A DNA stretch of 64,000 bases, from contig CAXXLL010000002.1 of the NCBI GenBank assembly GCA_963662545.2, forward strand, positions 1,600,001 through 1,664,000. The letters are read 5' to 3'. Source of the stretch: Gammaproteobacteria bacterium. Its GTDB lineage: Bacteria > Pseudomonadota > Gammaproteobacteria > Ga0077536. This document shows, in pieces, positions 1 to 11,897 of this stretch. The notes below the pieces were generated by a model, which saw only the letters and a program-made list of their open reading frames with translations, made no database searches and was not told where the DNA came from. A program made the translations under genes and the position numbers. Position 1 is the first letter of the stretch. Each line of letters begins with the position of its first letter.

Positions 1-351
1 ACGGATCCGCAGGGCCAGACTGGCCCGGCTGGTCGCGGGCGTAAAATGAAATGTCCCGACCTTGGGTTCCGGGTTGTCGTCGACGAAGAGATGAATGGTC
101 TCGATGTAGCGCTCAGGCGTCTGCGGGATTATCGCTTTAATGCGAATTGGGGTAACCGCCGCGTCTTCAGATCGGTAGGGCGCGCTCATATCGATCACTG
201 TCGCGTCCTCCACGATCCCGATGCCGGGAAAGTGGTGGGGTTTGAGCAAGGCGTCCCAGATTTCAACCGGAGATTGCTGCGCCTCGATCGGTTGGACGCT
301 GAACGCGAGGATCAGCGTCACGATGGCGAGAAAAGCAATGGGTAAGCGCAT
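1..351 (-). CDS. SoxY(Z)-like carrier protein, quinoprotein dehydrogenase-associated type (runs off window edge)
   Basis: Own translation of the minus strand from ATG 351: MRLPIAFLAIVTLILAFSVQPIEAQ (signal peptide)...APYRSEDAAVTPIRI...LFVDDNPEPKVGTFHF...LALRIR, which resembles the SoxY-like fold motifs. Not in the ORF track because it has no stop in the window. Confidence 0.7.
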   Translation of the reverse strand, partial: MRLPIAFLAIVTLILAFSVQPIEAQQSPVEIWDALLKPHHFPGIGIVEDATVIDMSAPYRSEDAAVTPIRIKAIIPQTPERYIETIHLFVDDNPEPKVGTFHFTPATSRASLALRIR

Positions 352-543
352 GATTTCGACTTCGAACAGGAGCGTGTTAAAAAATTGTTCCGAACGACGA
401 GTCAGATCGTATTTTGCCGCAGGCGGGCGAAAGATTGCGCACCGTTAGGAATAACAAAGCGTCGTATCATTCTCATAGCCCCATATAGTGTAGCTGAGCC
501 CACATGACCGGCCCAATCTGAAAGCACTGGAGACGACCAACTA

Positions 544-978
544 ATGAGTAGCGCAAGCATATGGAAACACCCGGATCCAGTCGCCGAAGCGGCGCGCGTT
601 TCCGCCAAGCTCATGCCCGGGCGCCTCGGTATCGAATTCTTGGAGGCTGGGGACGATTGGCTGACGGCGCGCATGCCGGTGGACGATCGAACCCGCCAGC
701 CGGCGGGCATTTTGCACGGCGGCGCATCGCTGGTGCTGGCCGAAACCCTGGCCTCGACTGCCGCGTACTTCTGTATCGATGCAAATTTGAAGATGTGCGT
801 CGGCCTCGAGATCAACGCCAATCACGTTCGTTCGGTGCGCGAAGGATACGTCTACGGCCGCGCGTCGCCGCTGCACATGGGACGCAGTACGCACGTCTGG
901 GAAATTCGGATTACCGACGAGCAGGGCCGGCTCGTGTGTATTTCGCGCTGCACGCTTGCGATTCTCGACGCGCGCTGA
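544..978 (+). CDS. Hotdog-fold acyl-CoA thioesterase (PaaI/MenI-like)
   Basis: QPAGILHGGASLVLAET and VGLEINANH motifs. Confidence 0.9.
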   Translation: MSSASIWKHPDPVAEAARVSAKLMPGRLGIEFLEAGDDWLTARMPVDDRTRQPAGILHGGASLVLAETLASTAAYFCIDANLKMCVGLEINANHVRSVREGYVYGRASPLHMGRSTHVWEIRITDEQGRLVCISRCTLAILDAR

Positions 979-1104
979 TGTATACACTGAAAAAGATCGG
1001 ACGAGCGATTGCCGGTGGAACCGCCGCACAGGTGCTTGAAACCGCCGTGTACGAGATCAGCCTGTTATATTATTGAATCGGGATGATGCTAGAGCGCAAA
1101 CGTT

Positions 1105-1584
1105 ATGACAGAAATTCGCACGCTTGAAGATCGAATCGCCATTGCGCACGTGATCCAACAGGTCGCGAGGGCCTTCGACGAAAAAATGCATGACGAGCTT
1201 TTACCCCAGTCTTTCACTGAAGACGCAAAAATACTCTATCGGTTACGCGGATCCCTTATCGACTTTTCTATGCCAGACGGTATAGCGAAATTCAAGCACT
1301 ACCATGATCGCTGCTTCTGGACACAGCACCTGGTGTCGCCTCATATCGTTGCACTTGAAGGCGATACGGCGCGAGCGAGTACGCCTGTTCACGCCGTGCA
1401 CGTTCAGGTTCGCGACGATGGCACTCGCAACAATTGGTTGATTGGCGCCGTTTATCACGACGAACTGGTGCGCACGCCGAAAGGTTGGCGCATAAAGGCC
1501 CGGACCGTGCCATGTCCCTACGTCGAAGGTGATTTTCTAGAAACTGGCGTACGTGCCTTTCTAACGCTCCCGTCCTACGACTAA
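1105..1584 (+). CDS. SnoaL/NTF2-like protein
   Basis: LEDRIAI...FTEDA...TQHLV...YHDELVRTPKGWRIKAR pattern. Confidence 0.85.
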   Translation: MTEIRTLEDRIAIAHVIQQVARAFDEKMHDELLPQSFTEDAKILYRLRGSLIDFSMPDGIAKFKHYHDRCFWTQHLVSPHIVALEGDTARASTPVHAVHVQVRDDGTRNNWLIGAVYHDELVRTPKGWRIKARTVPCPYVEGDFLETGVRAFLTLPSYD

Positions 1585-1657
1585 TCGCTGCTGTTTCGAC
1601 CGGCATTTAGCTGCGATCACTTGACCCCGCTCGTCCGTGTTTTCAAGGCCACCGTGT

Positions 1658-2320
1658 TTACGGCCCTTCTTCCATAATTGCCGCCGCCAGACCGGCGTGA
1701 CCGAAACAGGCGCCGGCGCCCATTTCAATCGCGACCCACACGGCTTCGACGATCTCTTTCCGTTCGTATCCCGCGTCAAGCGCAGCGCGCACGTGGGTGT
1801 CGATACAAAACGGACAACGCGTATTGTGCGCGCATGCGACGGCGATGAGTTCCTTGAATTTCCGCTTGAGTGCGCCGTCGCTGAACGCCGCGTGATGCAG
1901 CTCGGTGTACGCTCCGTAGGCGGCCGGGTGGAGCGCCGCCAAATCGCCTAATCGCTCTTTCGTATCCGGGGCGTAGTATTCACCCGAACCGCCGTCCATC
2001 GACTGCATTGCGATCGCAGCATGGCCGTAGCAGGCGCCGGCGCCCATGGCGACGCCAACCCAGATCGCTTCGGCGATTTCGGGCTTTCCCGCGCCCGCCT
2101 CGAGCGCCAATCCAACGTGATAGTCAATGCAATACGGACAGCGCAGCACGTGGGCGGAGCCGACGGCGATCAACTCCTTTTCACGACGGGACAGGGCCCC
2201 ATCCTGAAAGCACGCTTCCGCCAGGCGACCAAACGCGTGTAGCGGTTCGGGCGCCCATCGTTCGTACAATGCCGTCTTTTTGAGATAGGTGGAATGCGAC
2301 AAGGATGCGAGTCTGTTCAT
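1658..2320 (-). CDS. Tandem-domain AhpD/carboxymuconolactone decarboxylase family protein
   Basis: Two repeats of KELIAV..H..RCP(Y/F)CID.H; likely start MNRLASL at 2320. Confidence 0.85.
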   Translation of the reverse strand: MNRLASLSHSTYLKKTALYERWAPEPLHAFGRLAEACFQDGALSRREKELIAVGSAHVLRCPYCIDYHVGLALEAGAGKPEIAEAIWVGVAMGAGACYGHAAIAMQSMDGGSGEYYAPDTKERLGDLAALHPAAYGAYTELHHAAFSDGALKRKFKELIAVACAHNTRCPFCIDTHVRAALDAGYERKEIVEAVWVAIEMGAGACFGHAGLAAAIMEEGP

Positions 2321-2442
2321 GGCATGTCCTCTTTCCGCAGGAGAGTCGAAAACGGGCTGTAGAGATATTAGCAAGGCCGCCGTCGAGTGCCGCCCAGCCG
2401 CTTGCAAACGGACTCTATTCGCCTATAGTGGAGTCATCGAGC

Positions 2443-2525
2443 GAAGCTAGGGGTGCTCCTCCGCCGGGGCTGAGAACATACCCTTCGAACCTGAACCGGT
2501 TCATGCCGGCGTAGGGAAGCAGTGG
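2443..2525 (+). promoter_or_regulatory. TPP riboswitch (THI box)
   Basis: GGGGTGC...GCTGAGA..ATACCCTTCGAACCTGAACCGGTTCATGCCGGCGTAGGGAAGC directly upstream of thiC. Confidence 0.95.
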
Positions 2526-2565
2526 CCCTCCTAGACGCAGCGCGATAATGACGCAAGCAACGTAA

Positions 2566-4458
<1,893 letters not shown>

Positions 4459-4577
4459 GCGCGCGAAGATCGGTCTAACAAATCGTTAAATCAGGTGTAT
4501 TAGCTCACATCTGATCTTAGAATATTCGGCGCCTTCATCGATCCCGGATCGAGTCTTTTGCATTCTCTCAACCAGCG

Positions 4578-4961
4578 CTAAAGCGTGTCGAGGAGAGGCT
4601 GCAACGTCACCACATCCCAATAGTCGTCCCACTGCGCTATCAGTCCGTCGCGAACGACGAAGACCCCGGCGCAAGGTAAATCAACGGTAACATCGGCGTT
4701 CTCCCAGCGTTCAATGCGCGCATTCATCACAACCTCCCCATCGGCGACGCTATGAAGTATTTCCATGATCTTAAGCGCGCTTGCCGGACGATGGATCCAT
4801 GGGTCAAGCACCTCGCGAACGCCCGCGTGCCCATTCACCGGCCCCCACGGCTTGTTGTGGTAGATCACCTCGTCGCTTAGATAGTCGACAGTTTTTACCA
4901 TATCGCCAGCGAGCAGGGACTTCAACATGTCAGTGACAATTCGAATGTTGGTGTCGGTCAT
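4578..4961 (-). CDS. Limonene-1,2-epoxide hydrolase / SnoaL-like protein
   Basis: YHNKPW..VNG, VMNARIERW, GVFVVRDGLI..WDDYWD. Confidence 0.8.
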   Translation of the reverse strand: MTDTNIRIVTDMLKSLLAGDMVKTVDYLSDEVIYHNKPWGPVNGHAGVREVLDPWIHRPASALKIMEILHSVADGEVVMNARIERWENADVTVDLPCAGVFVVRDGLIAQWDDYWDVVTLQPLLDTL

Positions 4962-4992
4962 TGAGTCGGTCTCCGGTTAGGAAACGCGGGAG

Positions 4993-5065
4993 TTCCGGGG
5001 ACAATTTACTTATCTCGATATTTTTCACCCAAATCGGTGCCGAGATAAGTAAACTGTCCCCGGAA
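4993..5065. repeat. REP-like palindrome with 25-bp arms
   Basis: TTCCGGGGACAATTTACTTATCTCG ... CGAGATAAGTAAACTGTCCCCGGAA, one mismatch, intergenic. Confidence 0.75.
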
Positions 5066-5083
5066 TCGCGGAATTGCCACGTA

Positions 5084-5728
5084 TTACAGGTTCGCGATGT
5101 CGTTCAAGGTTTTTTGCGGCTCAGGACGGTTGGTGTAATCCGGGTCTACGTCGGCCGCGCGAACGATCCCATCCTGGCCGATCACGAACCGGGCCGGCAT
5201 GGGCAAGGTCCAGCTATCTTCCGCATTGTGGGTCGGAAGATCGATGCCGAAACCTGAGTAGACTTCACGTAGGTCGTCTGGGAGCGCAAACTTGAGGCCC
5301 AATTTTGCGGCATATTCGTTGCCCGGGTCCGACAATAGATCGAAGTTTATCTTGTTCTTTTCGCGCATGATCAAGCTATGGTCCGGAGATTGCGGGGTGA
5401 TTGCGACGACGGTGACGTTCTTTTCTTTAAGTTCGGCTGCAATTTCCTGCAAAGCATACAGCTCTGCAATGCAGTAGGGTCACCAACTACCGCGGAAGAC
5501 AGTCAGCACCACCGCGCCTTGGGACAACAGGTCGGACGAGCGAACACTATCGCCTTCGGCGTTTTTCAGCTCGAAGTCGGGCAATCGGTCGCCCACTTTC
5601 AGCACCCCGTCCATAATGCCCGACGCCCGCAAATTTTTGGTCGCGCGCAACATAATCTCGAACCGGTCGGCTGGGATCCTTTTTTGCGCCCCTTCTTTAA
5701 TCTCGTTCAACTTCTCAGCTAATGACAT
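5084..5728 (-). CDS. Peroxiredoxin-like (AhpC/TSA) selenoprotein with UxxC motif
   Basis: ORFs 5480..5728 and 5084..5452 form one frame: VFRGSW-TGA-PYCIAEL; the TGA at 5480-5482 occupies the first Cys of the family WCPYC motif. Confidence 0.85.
5448..5468 (-). promoter_or_regulatory. Putative bacterial SECIS element
   Basis: Hairpin UGCAGAGC-UGUAU-GCUUUGCA beginning 11 nt after the UGA, with G at loop position 2. Confidence 0.7.
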
Positions 5729-5827
5729 CGATGTCTTCCTCCGATGAGACCGAGCAGGCAGCGGGTTCCTCCGCCAGCCCTGTTACAATGACACTTCGGG
5801 CAAATAGGCCGGCTACAAAGGCAAGGT

Positions 5828-6121
5828 TCACCCGTCGAATTTATCGTAGACGACGATTGTCGGCGGCGCCGACATCATGTTGCCAAGTGCTTCCATTACT
5901 CCGGTTTCGGTGCGCCACTGGATGTATTTTTCCCGATGCTGGCGCGTGTCCCAAATCTCGTAAAACAATACGTGGCCGGGTTTATCCTGGTCGATCCAAA
6001 TATCGAATGATTGGCACCCATCGTAGGCGCGGGTTTCAGGCGCGGCGCCTTTGATTGCGGCCAGAAATTCGCCCATCTTGTCAGTGTCAATCGTAAGGTC
6101 GAGTGTGACGCATACGGCCAT
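5828..6121 (-). CDS. ABM-domain (antibiotic biosynthesis monooxygenase) protein
   Basis: ETRAYDGC...FYEIWDT...Y..WR pattern, 97 aa. Confidence 0.85.
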   Translation of the reverse strand: MAVCVTLDLTIDTDKMGEFLAAIKGAAPETRAYDGCQSFDIWIDQDKPGHVLFYEIWDTRQHREKYIQWRTETGVMEALGNMMSAPPTIVVYDKFDG

Positions 6122-6400
6122 TGCCAGCTCCTTTTATTCGTTACGCGATCGGACTATGCGTATTATTTACACCACGTAGTGTAAAATAGCAAACCCTGCA
6201 ATTCCTGAGCATCACCAAGATGACACCGTTAGCGGAGCGGCGGTAGCCAGATGTCCGTAAAATTTCGGAATCTTGGTCCACTAAAAATCTCTTGAGCATC
6301 GCGACGAGACGAAAAGCTGGTGAGAATCTGCGTACCATTGTTGGCATTCACCCAACCATTAGGGGTTGCTTTTTTACACCGATAGTTGTAAATAATACGC

Positions 6401-6982
6401 ATGGCCCGCCCCCGTGAATTCGATGTCGACATCGTTACCAATCGCGCCCTGGGCTTGTTTGCGCGCGAGGGCTATGAGTGCACGTCGTTAGCAGACCTGG
6501 AAAACGAGACCGGCGTTGATCGCAAAGGGCTGTATAACACGTTCGGCAGTAAACGCGGCTTGTTTATCGAAGCCCTCAAACGATATGAAGAGCGCGCCAT
6601 TGAAGTGCTCGTCGCGCCGCTGGAATCGGCGGGCGCCGGGCGGCCAGAAATCGTACACGTCTTCGGTATCATGGCGTCCCAAAGAGGGCAGCTGAAAGAG
6701 AACCGCGGGTGCCTGTTCTGTCTGACCGCACAGAGCGACGTGGCACAGTCGGAGGAGGTCGCCGATCGCGTGCAAGGATTTTTGCAGCGGTTCCGACACG
6801 GCTTCGCCAACGCATTGCGCGGCGCAAGGACAGTGGGAGACCTTGCCCCGCATAAGAAGCCCGAAGTCATGGCCGATTTTTTAATGGGTACGGTGATGGG
6901 CCTGTCCGCGATGGTGCGCGCCCGTCGTCCCAATGCACAGATAATGCACTACGTTGATACCGCCTTGTCCACGCTCGACTGA
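6401..6982 (+). CDS. TetR/AcrR family regulator (NemR-like)
   Basis: MARPREFD...GY..TS..DL...GV....LYNTFGSK; GCLF. Confidence 0.92.
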   Translation: MARPREFDVDIVTNRALGLFAREGYECTSLADLENETGVDRKGLYNTFGSKRGLFIEALKRYEERAIEVLVAPLESAGAGRPEIVHVFGIMASQRGQLKENRGCLFCLTAQSDVAQSEEVADRVQGFLQRFRHGFANALRGARTVGDLAPHKKPEVMADFLMGTVMGLSAMVRARRPNAQIMHYVDTALSTLD

Positions 6983-7065
6983 GTAGGGCACGGCGGAAAT
7001 TTTTTTGCCTGATAAAACACCGATTAGTGTAAAAATTCGAAGAATTCAAAGGAGCAACAAGCAAC

Positions 7066-7746
7066 ATGATTGATCTGTATACCGACGCCACGCCGAACGG
7101 GTGGAAAGTCTCCGTAATGCTCGAGGAAATCGGCATGGCGTACACCACCCACCATATCGATATCATGACCGGCGCACAGAAGGAGGAATCGTTTCTCAAG
7201 CTCTGCCCGAACGGCCGCATCCCGGCTATCGTCGATCGCGACAACGATGATTTGGCGATCTTCGAATCGGGCGCGATCATGCTCTACCTGGCGAAAAAGT
7301 CCGGGCAGCTCATGCCGCTGGACGACAAGGGCGAATCGCGTGTCACACAGTGGTTGATGTTCCAGATGGCCGGCATCGGACCGATGATGGGACAGTCGAA
7401 CGTATTCTTTCGTTATTTTCCCGAGAAGATCCCGGCCGCGATCGACCGTTACCACAATGAGTGCAGGCGTCTGTACGAAGTGCTCGACAAACAACTCGAA
7501 GGGCGCGACTACCTGTGCGACGTCTATTCGCTCGCGGACATCGCGAACTGGTGCTGGGTACGCATTTATTTCTGGGGCGGCACCAACATCGACGGTCTGG
7601 ATAACCTCAAGGCGTGGATGGACCGTCTCGAAGCACGCCCGGCGTGCCAACGCGGCATTGCCGTACCCCACCCAACGGATTTCGAGAAGCTTGAAGCAGA
7701 TTTAGCGAAAGACGACAGCAATATACTGTCGCTGGTCACGAAATAG
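7066..7746 (+). CDS. Glutathione S-transferase, YfcG/YghU-like
   Basis: [30 protein letters not shown]. Confidence 0.92.
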   Translation: MIDLYTDATPNGWKVSVMLEEIGMAYTTHHIDIMTGAQKEESFLKLCPNGRIPAIVDRDNDDLAIFESGAIMLYLAKKSGQLMPLDDKGESRVTQWLMFQMAGIGPMMGQSNVFFRYFPEKIPAAIDRYHNECRRLYEVLDKQLEGRDYLCDVYSLADIANWCWVRIYFWGGTNIDGLDNLKAWMDRLEARPACQRGIAVPHPTDFEKLEADLAKDDSNILSLVTK

Positions 7747-7813
7747 GGGCGACCGCGAGCTTATGCGCGTACCCCGGCGCGATAACAACACGATAACGAT
7801 GAAAGGATAAAAA

Positions 7814-8578
7814 ATGGAATATGTCGATATTGATAAAGCGATAAGCACTGACGGCTTGCGCATCATCCTGGTGCAGGGCTTCCCGAGTCCCTGGGGGCAG
7901 GCCGCCAAGGCCATGATGGAACACAAAGGTCTCGACTACTTCGTCGGACCCCAGCAAGCCGGCGGCCCCAATCCCGAAATCGTCGCCTGGTCGGGGGTTA
8001 ACAGCGCCCCGGTAGTCGCTTGGAATGACGAGAAGCCGATCAATCGTTGGGACGACATCCTGCTGCTCCTCGAGCGGCTCGCACCAGATAAACCACTGGT
8101 CCCGCAGCGCGGAACCGAAAGGGTACAGCTGTTCGGTCTCGGTCACGAGATCTGCGGCGAACTCGGCTTTGGCTGGAACCGACGTCTCGACATGTTCCGG
8201 CCGGCAATGGAATCCGGCGAGGCGCCGGAAGGCGTCGTCAGTATGTGCGACAAATACGGCTATAACGAGACCGACGTCGCGCTAGCCAATCAGCGCACGA
8301 TCGCGCTTCTCGAACTCCTGACCGAGATGCTCACGGCGCAGAAAGATAAAGGCAACGATTACCTGATCGGTGCACAGCTGACGGCGGCTGATTTCTACTG
8401 GGCTGCATTCAGTAATCTCGTCGTCATCCAACCGCCCGAGGAATGCCCGCTCGACCCCGGCGTCCGGCCAATGTTCGAGAATACGCCGGCCGACGTCGCC
8501 GCCGCGGTCGATCCAATTCTCATCGAGCACCGTAACAGGATCATGCAAGCGCATTTCAAGATCCCGATGGAGCTCTAA
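7814..8578 (+). CDS. GST-like protein
   Basis: PSPWGQAAK N-terminus; YLIGAQLTAADFYWA C-terminal GST motif. Confidence 0.75.
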   Translation: MEYVDIDKAISTDGLRIILVQGFPSPWGQAAKAMMEHKGLDYFVGPQQAGGPNPEIVAWSGVNSAPVVAWNDEKPINRWDDILLLLERLAPDKPLVPQRGTERVQLFGLGHEICGELGFGWNRRLDMFRPAMESGEAPEGVVSMCDKYGYNETDVALANQRTIALLELLTEMLTAQKDKGNDYLIGAQLTAADFYWAAFSNLVVIQPPEECPLDPGVRPMFENTPADVAAAVDPILIEHRNRIMQAHFKIPMEL

Positions 8579-9151
8579 GCCCGGCGTCGACGATCAAACG
8601 CAAAAAACGTCGAGTGAAGTTCTTAAACGAATAGGTAAATGCGGAGTTGGGTACCAGGTCTTGCCTTTTGCCCTCGCGGCGCAGGAAGTCTCCACAATCC
8701 GATTGACGCGCAAGTAGCGCGATCCGAACAGGCGCCAATTTGCTTCAGTGGATAGCCGCCGCGTTCATAGGCTTTTGCGGTCGAAGTATCTCGATACGAG
8801 CCGTCTTCGAGAATTTTAAGGGGCCGGTCAATTTACAAGGATCACTTCAACGCCATGCATGATCACGTTCGAGCACGCTATACCGTACTTCGAAAAACGG
8901 CCGATGGTAATCGTTTAATACATGCGAATGCTTCTTATTAAAAAGGCGTTCCCGCGGAGACGTATTGTGAATCTGAGCGTAAGCGTTCCTTAAACTGAGA
9001 CAGGTCTGTGTTCACTAACAACCAGGTTCCTATATTCGCAACTCCGTAGGAGTCCGCTTGCGAGGGAACTATGTGTAAAAAGTCAGACTCGATCTGACAA
9101 ACTATAAGCGGAGCTAAGACTTGCTCCGAGAGTTCCGCCATGTGAATTGAT

Positions 9152-9383
9152 GTCCACTATCGAAGACATTCCGGCCAAACTTCGACGTGACGATTTCGGC
9201 AGCAGTCGATCTATTGTGTTGAAAAAGTCGTACCGCATACGATTTCGATATATTTGCGGGTCGCTAAACCATTCCCGGAGTGCCGATCGTCGCTTACAGG
9301 CGATCCTACGCGGTCGGTTTTTCTGCACACGTCGCGACCGACGGCGAATCGGACTTTTTCAACAGAATAGGCCAGAAGCGGCC
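9152..9383 (+). repeat. Tripartite site copy S1 (degenerate B plus C; C interrupted by a MITE)
   Basis: GTCCACT-N11-TCCGGCC at 9152; removing the MITE gives approximately GGCAGCA-GTCGGCCAGA-AGCGGCC. Confidence 0.55.
9211..9370. mobile_element. MITE, 160 bp
   Basis: 19-bp terminal IR CTATTGTGTTGAAAAAGTC / GACTTTTTCAACAGAATAG, no ORF. Confidence 0.8.
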
Positions 9384-9481
9384 ACTGCGAAATACCGTGT
9401 CAGGCCGCATATTCGGGGATCTACATCGGGCCTGTTGCTGCTGACAAGGGGTAATGCCCACCATCGCTTGATTAGTCGATT

Positions 9482-9859
9482 ATGGCCTGCCCCAAGCTAA
9501 AGTTTTTCGCGATACGGACGCCATCAGGAAAATGTACTTCATGGCGCCCTCTGGTTGCCGGAGAGATGCATAAAGTGAACCTCGACCTGACGGTGGAAAG
9601 CTATTGCGGTTACGACTGGGAGACGGAATTAACCTTAAACGGCTGCATTTTTCTGGCAGCTAAACATCTTGGTTTGGTGGCGCCTGATGCGACCGGATTT
9701 GGTTGGAACAATGCACAAATCTGTGATTTGGCCGACAGGGTTAGGGTCAGCATCGATTCCGACCCAACTGTGCTGGATGCTTTGCCGAATCACGTCCGAG
9801 TCCAGCTATTCGAGGGTCTGAATCTTTCCCCCGCGGCTCATCAAACAACTCCAGACTAA
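9482..9859 (+). CDS. Hypothetical protein
   Basis: Open frame directly upstream of the PilZ-like gene; start uncertain. Confidence 0.45.
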   Translation: MACPKLKFFAIRTPSGKCTSWRPLVAGEMHKVNLDLTVESYCGYDWETELTLNGCIFLAAKHLGLVAPDATGFGWNNAQICDLADRVRVSIDSDPTVLDALPNHVRVQLFEGLNLSPAAHQTTPD

Positions 9860-9871
9860 TAATGGTGAGAT

Positions 9872-10318
9872 GTGAACAGTTCAAATGTTGACGAGGCGAG
9901 CAGCAATCGGAGCCTGCTATGGCAGGAGATAGAAAACCTTGACGAACAGCGACGCTACCCTCGGGTTCCGCTGAACATCCAGGCGGCTTTTGTAACCGAT
10001 ACGGGCCGTACATTCTCAGTTGAGATTTTTAATATTTCTCCGGATGGGCTGCAGGTACGATGCTCAGTCGAAAATGCACACTTCATTCGTCCCCAAGGTA
10101 GCAACATCAATCCGCTCAATGCGCCCTGCATAAGCGCGGCCATCGCGTTGCCCGTGGGTCACGGCAGTAGAACATTGGGATTACGCTGCCAGATGCTCTA
10201 CCTCAAAACGATTGACACTGAACTTGGCTGCATTGTGGGCTTGCGCTATGTCCAGCTCGACCTGCGATCCGAACGGATTCTTAACGCGTTCTTCGCCGAC
10301 CACCTCATCCACGAGTGA
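9872..10318 (+). CDS. PilZ-domain protein
   Basis: EQRRYPR and NISPDG c-di-GMP-binding motifs. Confidence 0.8.
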   Translation: MNSSNVDEASSNRSLLWQEIENLDEQRRYPRVPLNIQAAFVTDTGRTFSVEIFNISPDGLQVRCSVENAHFIRPQGSNINPLNAPCISAAIALPVGHGSRTLGLRCQMLYLKTIDTELGCIVGLRYVQLDLRSERILNAFFADHLIHE

Positions 10319-10370
10319 ACCGACACAGAAGTCGCATAAGCATAGGTCAATTGGCCCACCCTCAAAGGCC

Positions 10371-10398
10371 GCAAAAGAAAGCGCCCCGAAGGGCGCTA
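10371..10398 (-). terminator. Rho-independent terminator
   Basis: AGCGCCC-TTCG-GGGCGCT hairpin followed by TTCTTTT on the minus strand; near-identical copy at 10979. Confidence 0.6.
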
Positions 10399-10602
10399 TG
10401 TAGAGTGCTGTCCTTGGCGCATAGCTCGTATGGTCGGCTACGAAGGCCGTTTCATGGCCTTATGGGCGATTCAGGCGGGGCAAAATAAGATGGCCTTTGA
10501 TATTCGGCATGTCCCAACTTCCCGCACTGCCACCCAATTAAAGGGAGAAGCCCTTATTGCCGTTACCGATGCTAGTTCGTCCCTTTTGGCGGGAGATGGA
10601 AC

Positions 10603-10773
10603 ATGAAGCACAGAGAATTCAACTGGACTCCCCCTCCGGTGCGTTTAGCGTACAGCAACACCGGCAAAGTCGTTTGCCCCGGTGTCGAAAAGCTACCCAG
10701 AACCGGATACGACATCCACGTCGTTGAATACGACAAGCGTTTCGCTGAAACGACCGAGCTCGGCCCAGCCTGA
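10603..10773 (+). CDS. Small hypothetical protein (56 aa)
   Basis: GGGAG RBS, then MKHREFNWTPPPVRLAYSNTGKVV...ELGPA. Confidence 0.45.
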   Translation: MKHREFNWTPPPVRLAYSNTGKVVCPGVEKLPRTGYDIHVVEYDKRFAETTELGPA

Positions 10774-10978
10774 TTGGTTCGTTATCTCCTCATGGAAAAC
10801 ATTCTCATAGCGCTTTACTACGTCGTTACAATCATAGTCATCGTTGGACATTACATCGGAAGGCTCGAAGGACGCGGATTCGAATGGATGGCCTATGTCG
10901 TTGCCGTTTTTATGTTTCCGATGTTGTACTTCGCCTACATCCCCTAGAATCCACCTCTTTCAGCCCGCCAGTGGGAAT

Positions 10979-11006
10979 GCAAAAGAAAGCGCCCAGAAGG
11001 GCGTTT
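10979..11006 (-). terminator. Rho-independent terminator
   Basis: GCAAAAGAAAGCGCCCAGAAGGGCGTT, downstream of the minus-strand ABM gene. Confidence 0.55.
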
Positions 11007-11115
11007 ATTTGCCGGAAGCGGAAGTGCGAACGAAGGTACGCTCGTCGCATCGGGGTGTCCGTTTTAGAGTGTTAAGCAGTCCTTTTTATCCGGCATTCAA
11101 ACAGCGCGGATGCGT

Positions 11116-11433
11116 CTAAAGGACCTCCTCAAACGTCTCTAGGTTCGGATGGCCGAGGTAGGTTCCCTTGGGTGCGCTCGCCTGGGCGTGGGCTTTGCGG
11201 AAATGATCGGATTCCGTCCACGCCTCAAAGGCGATGCGGGACTCCCAGATGGTGTGGCTCGCATAGAGTACATAGTCGTCGCCGCCCGGCATTTCGACTT
11301 GCGGACCCTTCAGCAACGCGAAAGACTGGAAACCCGGGACCTCGGACAGGTAGGTGTCGCGTTCGCGCCAGACCTTCTCGAAGCCTTCCTCGAAACCGGG
11401 CGAGATTTTGAACCGGTTCATCGCGATGAACAT
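11116..11433 (-). CDS. IsdG/HmoA-like ABM monooxygenase
   Basis: MFIAMNRF...VPGF..F.LL...WES..AFEAWT.S.HFRKAH. Confidence 0.85.
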   Translation of the reverse strand: MFIAMNRFKISPGFEEGFEKVWRERDTYLSEVPGFQSFALLKGPQVEMPGGDDYVLYASHTIWESRIAFEAWTESDHFRKAHAQASAPKGTYLGHPNLETFEEVL

Positions 11434-11897
11434 GACGTTTAACCTTTCGCAGATGCTGCGGCTATTCTAGCGTGTTGCCAGTCCCTTGACCTGTTCCGGT
11501 CCGGAATCCTCCCGGCGGCCGAAGCTGCGCCGATAGAATCCACAACAATGTTCATGTTTGTGCTCATCGGGAATGCTGTAACGATGGCCATACTGAGTAA
11601 GGCGCTGTGGCCGGAGGGTGGGGAACAATAGTAAAATCGATCAGCGGTCACCTGTCCCAAATGACGTAATCGTTTTCTTGCATTGCTGATTTGAGCATCT
11701 CGATCAGTGGCAGGGCGCGATGCGCCATGCTTACTAACGGTTCGCGTTTTTCATCGTCTTCTGAATCGTTACGGTCGGCTTTCAGGGGTCGATCCGGGCC
11801 GGCTGTCACCGCTTGTTCCAGGCCCTCCAACGCCGCCCGGATGTCTTCGGCGGCAAGAGATCCGGGAACTGTACCGCTGTGGCCCATTAACTTAATT

